Assembly: GCA_965235115.1 (NCBI GenBank)
Contig: OZ249447.1
Coordinates: 6,324,001 to 6,388,000, forward strand
Origin: Laetmonice hystrix
Taxonomy: Eukaryota
DNA length: 64,000 bases
Reading direction: 5' to 3'
The notes below the pieces were generated by a model. That model saw only the letters and a program-made list of their open reading frames with translations. It did not search any database and was not told the DNA's origin. Shown here piece by piece: positions 36,978-45,566 of the stretch (within the stretch, counting starts at the first letter, position 1; every line of letters begins with the position of its first letter). Both the position numbers and the translations under genes were made by a program.

Positions 36978-38242
36978 GATGCTTGGTCCATTCTGTTGCT
37001 ATGTGAACGAGGCCAATCGTCGTTGTGATAGTGAATGGGGGCGGTGGCCACCTGTCTAGGAGTGGATTGGGTGCCATTGTGCAATTTGCGACGGCAGACT
37101 TGGAAAGAATGATTGCAACGACGTGCGCATGCGTCGCAATACGAGCAGAGGTGCGCGTACCGGATGTTTCCTCGTTCGTGAGCGGTGTTGTATCTGCAAC
37201 CAGCTGGGCTATTGAAGTCCCGGCACACCACCTCGTCGACCTTGTTGTGGGCGTCCATCGGTCGCTTGTCGTCTGCATCGTCAGAATGCATGCTGCTCAG
37301 AGTGCCGCCCGTCATAGCCAGACGCACGCGCTCATTTTGAATAAAAGTGTGGTCGCGCCACGTACATTTTTTGTTCTCAACACAGTCCCAGACATGCTGA
37401 CTCCATTTACGCACCCCTGGCCAAGGACGAGACATGGCATCTAAAGTCACTTCATATATGTGTTGGATGATATAATTAATGTCTGCACTATCAAACGCGC
37501 GGGAGTCTCCTAGAAGGGCCAACATTGCATTGGTATATTCGAGTATGGTCAAGCTTCCCCTAACATCAAGCTTTTGTTTGAGAGTTTGTAAACCGTCCCT
37601 ATCGACATACATATACGGCTTTGCAATCATCTTAGTTACAAAAATGTCAGAGGCAATTGATGCCTTACCGTCCGTATATAGAGGGCGCATTTCTTCCCGG
37701 GCTAGTTGTCCGTCGACGTAACCATCTCTGTTCGCCTCCGCCCTCAGGGTGCGTGGCGGGGGGAGGGCGGCATGTTCGTCATGCCGTGCGGCACTGTGCC
37801 GCCTGTGACGGGCTGTGGGTGCCTGCTCAACTTGGCGGGCTGGCGACATGTCTTGTGGGCCGGGGTCTGTACCTGTAGCGTTGAGTGACCGGTGAAGCGT
37901 AGTACCTGGTGACTGTGGGCGGCGTGGTGGAGTGCTACGTGCTGCCGGACCGTCCTGACTCAACGTGGCACTGAGCAACAGGTCTAGTTTATTGCTCATA
38001 TCAGATACTTGGTTTTTGACGCCGTCCATCTCGCGTTCGATGTCTTGAAGTCGGTTGACCGTGGACGTCTGGGGCGTGCGACCCTGCAAGTTCGAGCTCG
38101 AAGTGTGCAGGCAGTCGGCTTCGACACTATTGGCCAATGTGTCACTCTGCTGAGAAATGTTACCTTCTTCAGGGTGGGCGTTACGATTTTTCTTCTTTTT
38201 AGACTTCGTGCAGGCTCGGGTACGAGTTTTTGGTGGTGCCAT
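36944..38242 (-). CDS. gag: Gag-like ORF1 of the YR retrotransposon, 432 aa from ATG 38242
   Basis: First ATG 10 nt inside A1 (MAPPKTR...), a predicted coiled-coil segment (VNRLQDIEREMDGVKNQVSDMSNKLDLLL), a helical core (...DAMSRPWPGVRKWSQHVWDCVE...W.D...) and a C-terminal Cys/His cluster (CRDFN...C...H...H.CSYC...H...C). The track ORF from 38356 uses a non-ATG start within A1. Confidence 0.88.
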   Translation of the reverse strand: MAPPKTRTRACTKSKKKKNRNAHPEEGNISQQSDTLANSVEADCLHTSSSNLQGRTPQTSTVNRLQDIEREMDGVKNQVSDMSNKLDLLLSATLSQDGPAARSTPPRRPQSPGTTLHRSLNATGTDPGPQDMSPARQVEQAPTARHRRHSAARHDEHAALPPPRTLRAEANRDGYVDGQLAREEMRPLYTDGKASIASDIFVTKMIAKPYMYVDRDGLQTLKQKLDVRGSLTILEYTNAMLALLGDSRAFDSADINYIIQHIYEVTLDAMSRPWPGVRKWSQHVWDCVENKKCTWRDHTFIQNERVRLAMTGGTLSSMHSDDADDKRPMDAHNKVDEVVCRDFNSPAGCRYNTAHERGNIRYAHLCSYCDACARRCNHSFQVCRRKLHNGTQSTPRQVATAPIHYHNDDWPRSHSNRMDQASKNGREAYRPI

Positions 38243-38251
38243 AATGCAGTG

Positions 38252-38450
38252 GTAAAAGTTGTGGTCTGGTCGAAGGTTGGTGTGGAACTGACCGGTGAGA
38301 AGTGGAGTGCAGGGAATAGCCGGAAATAGTGTGACGACAGAGAATTTGGTTAACAATAGAGAGCACAGAGTGTTGGGTTAGGGAGAGTTGACCACGAGTG
38401 CCGGCAATGATCCGTCTTGAGGTGACAAGCACCCCACCACTAAACCATTA
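38252..38450 (-). repeat. Split direct repeat A1 (199 bp), 5' end of the retrotransposon
   Basis: Identical by eye to 33533-33731. Confidence 0.95.
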
Positions 38451-38610
38451 TCAAGTGCAAGCACAGCTTGCAGTCACAGGTTTACAATGGTGTGACTTCT
38501 ATGTATGGTGCCCAAATGATTACCATCTTGAATCAGTAGAGTTTGATAAGGCTTTTTGGAATTTGGTGAAAGACAGGCTGGATATTTTCTACTTTTGTTA
38601 CTTCATATAA
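38451..38610 (+). pseudogene. C-terminal fragment of the YqaJ-like exonuclease gene
   Basis: (Y)QVQAQLAVTGLQWCDFYVW...FDKAFW...RLDIFYF* carries the YQVQ.QL....WCDF motif and continues the 33082 frame exactly once 33306-38450 is removed. Confidence 0.88.
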
Positions 38611-38956
38611 ACTTAGCCTAGGTAGGGCAACATACATCTTGATAATTGCTTAGCCTAATCATATACCGGTATATTTCAAAACTTGCTTTATCTGACACTG
38701 ATCGTGATGTTGGGGAAAATACACGTCAGACAGATATCATGTTCTTATGTCAATTTATTGACTGTATCCCTGAATACAGGAGTAAGTTGTATTGAAATAT
38801 ATATTATATTGAACTGGACCATTCTTGTTTTACCATTATATTCACAGATGGTCGAACATAAACAATTTAAATTAGGGTCATTTTATTCATTCTTATTCCA
38901 ACTGCCTAATCACTTTCAGCATGACAATATTTATTTATTTTAAACATCAAAATTTA

Positions 38957-39384
38957 ATCATCAATGCTCGTGAGGATTGAGAAATGTGCAATACAACATA
39001 TTCATTCAAGTTCCTGCAATTAAGGGGCCTTGAAAGTTTGAAAGAACGTAAGTAATCGTCCAAATCTGATTTATTGACCCCAAAAGGGAAAGAGGGATAG
39101 GGGAATTATAAATGTGAAATTCTTTTATCCGTCGTATTGCACGTTCAACATGAATCCTCACCTTTGCTATTTCTTAAGTACGTGCAATTTCATCACTATT
39201 GAAACGACCATGGTGTAAAAATGGAGGAATGTTTAGATGGACACCTTTCTCAGCTAACAAGCTGCTGATAGTGAAACCTTTATCAGCCATTACTTCATCA
39301 CCAAACTCTAACAAATCAAGTAAACCACTCAATTTAGTTATTTCCACATCTGACATAGAACCACTGAAAAGCTGAGAAACAAAA
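38957..39384 (-). pseudogene. Tandem duplicate of the transposase 3' end and 3' flank (~428 bp)
   Basis: Copy of 39385-39819 with about four substitutions (one makes a stop at 39174-39176) and a ~7-bp indel. Confidence 0.9.
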
Positions 39385-39440
39385 ATCATCAATGCTCGTG
39401 AGGATTGAGGAATGTGCAATACAACTTACAAGATATTCAT

Positions 39441-41275
39441 TCAAGTTCCTGCAATTAAGGGGCCTTGAAAGTTTGAAAGAACGCAAGTAATCGTCCAAAT
39501 CTGATTTATTGACCCCAAAAGGGAAAGAGGGATAGGGGAATTATAAATGTGAAATTCTTTTATCCGTCGTATTGCACGTTCAACATGAATCCTCACCTTT
39601 GCTATTTCTTGAGTACGTGCAATTTCATCACTATTGAAACGACCATGGTGTAAAAATGGAGGAATGTTTAGATGGATACCTTTCTCAGCTAACAAGCTGC
39701 TGATAGTGAAACCTTTATCAGCCATTACTTCATCACCAAACTCTAACAAATCAAGTAAACCACACAATTTAGTTATTTCCACATCTGACATAGAACCACT
39801 GAAAAGCTGAGAAACAAAAGTAACAGAGCCATGAGGTGCAATGCCAACCAAAGCTTTAAGGGTGTGAGTGCTCTTGTAATTTGAATAAAGTTGACTAGAC
39901 AAGATGAGAGATGATGGGGTCTGGGTAAATATTTCAGTGCAGTCAATAATAACTCTAGTGTTGGGAAATGCATCTCTAAAAGTCTTGGGCAATTTTCGCA
40001 AAATAACATGTTTTGGTAGCCAAAGAGGCATGGCACCAAACAGAAAATATAGAAAGTTTGCCTAAGTTACTAATTTTCTACTAACTGTGGCCAAAGAGCA
40101 GTCGAACATATGAGCCAAAAACTTTTCTAACAAGCCGAGACGAATGCGAACCAAAAACATAAAAAATTCATCAAACAAAGTCATGCAGCGTTTCCTCCCT
40201 GCCATTGAAATAGTGTCACTGGCAACATAGTACATGCTTGCCATATTGTTGGCAGAACTCTTAATAAAACTGAAAAAGGTAACAAGCTGAACATATGATT
40301 GGAATCCAGTAAAGTATTTCACGGTAGAATCGTCTGTCCCAAGTCGCTCCAGACCAAACCTTTCAATCTTCATTTCCTTCAGTTGTTTGTTTTCTAACTC
40401 TAATTCGCGTATCTTTGATTGTAGTTCCGCTACTTCAGCGTCAGCATCTTCTTTACTTGTAGACTTATCACTGAAATGGAAAAATATTCTTAATTTCATG
40501 TAAGGTAAATGCTCCTACTGTCCAAATTCAGCAGTCTCACGTTTTATAATGTTTAAAACAAAATCTGTCTTTAACCGTTTTGTCAACAAATGTTATTTGA
40601 GAGTACAGGGTTTTATAGTTTTATATAGCCCATCTTTTATACACATACGTTTCAAGATTTTCTTCAATATCCATATCCTCCACATCACAAGGCGACGCAC
40701 GACTGGAATCATGTCGCTGCAGTACCCTTCGTTTTGCTCCCTGGGTCCAGCTGAATACACTTGGCACTGCCTCTGGCTTCAAAGTCCTCCGTACAGGCGT
40801 CCATTTGAAATCAGCGGGAAGAAAGTGCGCTGAACATACAACTGTTCCAGCAGTAACCTACAAATTGTATTCATGATTTATTCAATTTTCAAGATTTAAG
40901 CCAAGCTGAAAAATATGGATTCTCAAAATAACTTAAGAATTTGATAAAACAAGGATTAGAACTTTCAGAACCAATTTAAGCTTAATCCATACAATTAATC
41001 TTAATTTAATATTATATTATTAGAATTTTGTTCTTTATGCCTTTTTTATATTACATGGAAATATCTATTTTCTAAACTACCTTATTATTTTTCAAACCAC
41101 TCACCTGAAAGTGTTTTCCTTCGTCCCTTCTAATCTTCACCAGCCATACTTTTTTTGCTTTCTCATCCTTTGGGAAAGAATGAAATGATAAGCTTTGACC
41201 GCTTTGAAATCTTGAGTCATTGCTGCAGGTGGGAACACAACAATGACGAGAAACCTTGGAACCAGCTGTTGACAT
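39441..41275 (-). pseudogene. THAP-domain DDE transposase (Harbinger/ISL2EU family), 3 exons, one premature stop
   Basis: Exons 41275-41105, 40857-40649 and 40470-39441 have GT-AG introns in compatible phases (0, 2) and total 470 codons. THAP signature CCVPTC...FHSFP...W...C.AHF...AVPSVF; DDE motifs IIDCTE, MADKGF and IHVERAI. TAG at 40064-40062 sits where Trp is expected (VT*ANFLY). Confidence 0.9.
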
Positions 41276-41950
41276 GTCATTCTCCTTGACTGTAGGGCAT
41301 GAAGTCTAGTAGTAGTATTCTGAGTCTGTAGAAAAGATATTTCAATTACTTATATACTTATTATTGATAATTAAGTTTCATTCAAACATCAAATAATTTC
41401 TTAATATATAGATCTACTTTCGGACATTTTAATTATGATTGAAAGTGAAATGTAAAATGTAGACCCCCCACCCCCATCGGCCCAGTCACTGGCAGGGGCA
41501 CTCTAGACTACGACTCGTGCGAGGCTAAAGAAATGAAGCACTATACAGTATACTAGACGAGTATAGTCATACTCAAGTCATAGACTGTAAAAGTAAAAGT
41601 GAGTAGGCCTAAAGCACACGCAATCGTCAATGACAATGTCAATGTAATCTTTAACAAACTCCCCCACCTAGACCCTACAAATTGTAGTATTCCTACAATG
41701 ATCTACATTATCATACATGCCTAGATCTACATCGTCATGGTCATGGCCAGGCCCATGTCACGGCCATGATCATAGACCATGTAGAGTCTAGACATACTAG
41801 CTAATCATAGGCACCGGACCGGGCATGGGCAGCTATCTAGACCGACAAACACAGGCTCACAGCCCTTCCCCATTCCACTGACTCACTGAGGCCCCCACCC
41901 CCTCGTCTGGGTTGAAAATCACTCAAATTTAGGCCTACAAGTTAGCCTAA

Positions 41951-41983
41951 CCATAGATCAATGAGTTACTCATTGATCTATGG
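41951..41983. repeat. Perfect 33-bp palindrome (16-bp arms, 1-nt centre) within a larger imperfect hairpin
   Basis: CCATAGATCAATGAGT-T-ACTCATTGATCTATGG, with outer arms GGCCTA/TAGGCC and AGTTAG/CTAACT. Confidence 0.9.
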
Positions 41984-42574
41984 CCTAACTTAGGCCATGA
42001 TCATGGACCTGGCAAGGTAAAATGACTCAGTCTAACGTTCTACTTAGCGCCTACCCGTCCCAGTCCCAGTCCCACACTGGACGAATGTCGATAGACCTAA
42101 CGTTAGGGCGTTTTCATTCACTCGACATGGATTCTGTCGTTTTGCATAACAACTGATCAAGATTCAAGCCCATCACGTCGATGTTCACTTTTGCCAGTTT
42201 GGGGAGCTTTGCATAGGGTACATTAGCTGCCACGTTAGTCGTTAGTATAGTACATTAGTAATAGTAGGCCTACAACGTAAAGCCAGAGTCTAGTCGAGAG
42301 CAGTGTTGTTGACTGTTGACAGTGTTGACTGTTGTCGGCCTAACTACTGTCACGTACAGTACTGAGTAAGTAGAATCTCTAACGTTACTAAACACTAGTA
42401 ACAGAGCCTATACTACACATCTAGAATATATTTAAACATAAATTATAATAGAGTCTTAGTACACAGGAAATATAAAAAGGAATTGAAGACCTACCTACGA
42501 CTACGTCGTCGGCTCTCGGCCCTAGGCCTACGTCAAAGGACGGTGATGCCACGTGATGCCGTCCCCGCTCTGGT

Positions 42575-42626
42575 TGCTGTGTTAGCCTCGTTTTGAAATC
42601 GCGTGCATAAATATTGAGAACGGCCT
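42575..42626 (-). repeat. Right TIR of the ISL2EU-type element
   Basis: TGCTGTGTTAGCCTCGTTTTG...GAGAACGGCCT followed by AT. Confidence 0.85.
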
Positions 42627-43260
42627 ATCTTTTCAAATGATCGGGTTTAATTTCTAATGAAATCCTACTGAAGAGATAATTGCAGGATTGGAGGTTTTCA
42701 TAGAATGTCATGACTTTTGACTCCCGAAATTATCTAGTTGGTATTTCAGAGTAATATTTTCTGTGTGGCTAATGAGTCATGGATCTCTAGAATATAGGTT
42801 AAGGAGTTTTAGTCACGTCAATGTCAGTGTATCCATGCATAGCGTTCCAGTTGCGCCGAGCTGTTGACAGGGGAGGGGGCTCCTTAGCATTGACAAATGT
42901 CTTACTTGGTATCAAAGGGGTGATTGCGATTGTACCAGGGGACAAAACTTCCCCCAGGACCCCCGTATCAGGAGGGTTTCCGAGGAAATATTGCCATGGC
43001 AACAGGCCGCCATGTTTTGTTCCGACAGTTGAGAGGTCATGAGATGAATGGGTATTATAGTACTGGTCATGTAACTTGTAAGTACGTTGTGTTGTAGAGT
43101 TGGCATGTCTGTGTTGTTGTATCCCGCCAAATGTTGGTTGATACCGGCTCATGAAAAACGTCATTTAAAACGCTTTCTTCATACATTATAACGTCTTGAA
43201 ACTTTCAATTTATTAAACGTTCTTAGCAAGCCTAGCTTTACCCTGAAAGGAATCACTCTA

Positions 43261-45566
43261 TGGAACCAACGCGGCATCACTCAATACAACTCTTGGAACC
43301 AACGCGGCATCACTCAATACAACTCTTGGAACCAACGCGGCATCACTCAATACAACTCTTGGAACCAACGTGGCATCACTCAATACAACTCTTGGAACCA
43401 ACGCGGCATCACTCAATACAACTCTTGGAACCAACGCGGCATCACTCAATACAACTCTTGGAACCAACGCGGCATCACTCAATACAACTCTTGGAACCAA
43501 CGCGGCATCACTCAATACAACTATTGGAACCAACGTGGCATCACTCAATACAGCTCTTGGAACCAACGCGGCATCACTCAATACAACTCTTGGAACCAAC
43601 GCGGCATCACTCAATACAACTCTTGGAACCAACGCGGCATCACTCAATACAGCTCTTGGAACCAACGCGGCATCACTCAATACAACTCTTGGAACCAACG
43701 CGGCATCACTCAATACAACTCTTGGAACCAACGCGGCATCACTCAATACAGCTCTTGGAACCAACGCGGCATCACTCAATACAACTCTTGGAACCAACGC
43801 GGCATCACTCAATACAACTCTTGGAACCAACGCGGCATCACTCAATACAGCTCTTGGAACCAACGCGGCATCACTCAATACAACTCTTGGAACCAACGCG
43901 GCATCACTCAATACAGCTCTTGGAACCAACGCGGCATCACTCAATACAACTCTTGGAACCAACGCGGCATCACTCAATACAACTCTTGGAACCAACGCGG
44001 CATCACTCAATACAACTCTTGGAACCAACGCGGCATCACTCAATACAACTATTGGAACCAACGTGGCATCACTCAATACAGCTCTTGGAACCAACGCGGC
44101 ATCACTCAATACAACTCTTGGAACCAACGTGGCATCACTCAATACAACTCTTGGAACCAACGTGGCATCACTCAATACAACTCTTGGAACCAATGCGCCA
44201 TCATTCAATGCAACTCTTGGAACCAACGCGGCATCACTCAATACAACTATTGGAACCGACGTGGCATCACTCAATACAACTCTTGGAACCAACGTGGCAT
44301 CACTCAATACAACTCTTGGAACCAACGTGGCATCACTCAATACAACTATTGGAACCAACGCGGCATCACTCAATACAACTCTTGGAACCAAGGCGGCATC
44401 ACTCAATACAGCTCTTGGAACCAACGTGGCATCACTCAATACAACTCTTGGAACCAACGCGGCATCACTCAATACAACTCTTGGAACCAAGGCGGCATCA
44501 CTCAATACAGCTCTTGGAACCAACGCGGCATCACTCAATACAGCTCTTGGAACCAACGCGGCATCACTCAATACAACAACTCTTGGAACCAACGCGCCAT
44601 CACTCAATACAACTCTTGGAACCAACGCGGCATCACTCAATACAGCTCTTGGAACCAACGTGGCATCACTCAATACAGCTCTTGGAACCAACGCGGCATC
44701 ACTCAATACAACTCTTGGAACCAACGCGGCATCACTCAATACAGCTCTTGGAACCAACGTGGCATCACTCAATGCAACTATTGGAACCAACGCGGCATCA
44801 CTCAATCCAACTCTTGGAACCAACGCGGCATCACTCAATACAACTCTTGGAACCAACGCGGCATCACTCAATACAACTCTTGGAACCAACGCGGCATCAC
44901 TCAATACAACTCTTGGAACCAATGCGGCATCACTCAATACAGCTCTTGGAACCAACGCGGCATCACTCAATACAACTCTTGGAACCAACGCGGCATCACT
45001 CAATACAACTCTTGGAACCAACGCGGCATCACTCAATACAACTATTGGAACCAACGCGGCATCACTCAATACAGCTCTTGGAACCAACGCGGCATCACTC
45101 AATACAGCTCTTGGAACCAACGCGGCATCACTCAATACAACTCTTGGAACCAACGCGGCATCACTCAATACAGCTCTTGGAACCAACGCGGCATCACTCA
45201 ATACAGCTCTTGGAACCAACGCGGCATCACTCAATACAACTCTTGGAACCAACGCGGCATCACTCAATACAACTCTTGGAACCAACGCGGCATCACTCAA
45301 TACAACTCTTGGAACCAACGTGGCATCACTCAATACAACTATTGGAACCAACGTGGCATCACTCAATACAACTCTTGGAACCAACGCGGCATCACTCAAT
45401 ACAACTCTTGGAACCAACGCGGCATCACTCAATACAACTCTTGGAACCAACGCGGCATCACTCAATACAACTATTGGAACCAACGCGGCATCACTCAATA
45501 CAACTCTTGGAACCAACGCGGCATCACTCAATACAACTATTGGAACCAACGCGGCATCACTCAATA
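43261..45566. repeat. Large tandem array, 33-bp unit, ~70 copies
   Basis: GGAACCAACGCGGCATCACTCAATACAACTCTT repeated with few variants and one 3-bp insertion near 44577. Open in two + frames and one - frame. Confidence 0.97.

Larger units (their letters stand above)
33306..38450 (-). mobile_element. Ngaro-type tyrosine-recombinase (DIRS order) retrotransposon, apparently intact, 5145 bp
   Basis: Element-strand order is A1 - gag-like - RT/RNase H - YR - B1 - A2 - spacer - B2 (split direct repeats, no inverted LTRs). No methyltransferase domain is visible, there is no TSD, and the CATTA core occurs at both ends and at the B1/A2 junction. Confidence 0.93.
31754..42626. mobile_element. ISL2EU-type (PIF/Harbinger-related) DNA transposon, defective, carrying nested insertions
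   Basis: Imperfect TIRs AGGCC...AAAACGAGGCTAACACAGCA at 31754-31806 and 42575-42626, with AT on both outer sides (31752-31753, 42627-42628). Contains a THAP+DDE transposase gene (-) and a convergent YqaJ-like exonuclease gene (+), the gene pair characteristic of ISL2EU. Confidence 0.85.

Noticed and set aside
40549-40833. 94-aa plus-strand ORF
   Set aside because: It is the antisense shadow of transposase exon 2 and its intron.
43261-45566. CRISPR array (33-bp periodic repeat)
   Set aside because: Units are contiguous with no unique spacers, there are no cas genes, and the context is eukaryotic. The same applies to every other array in the window.
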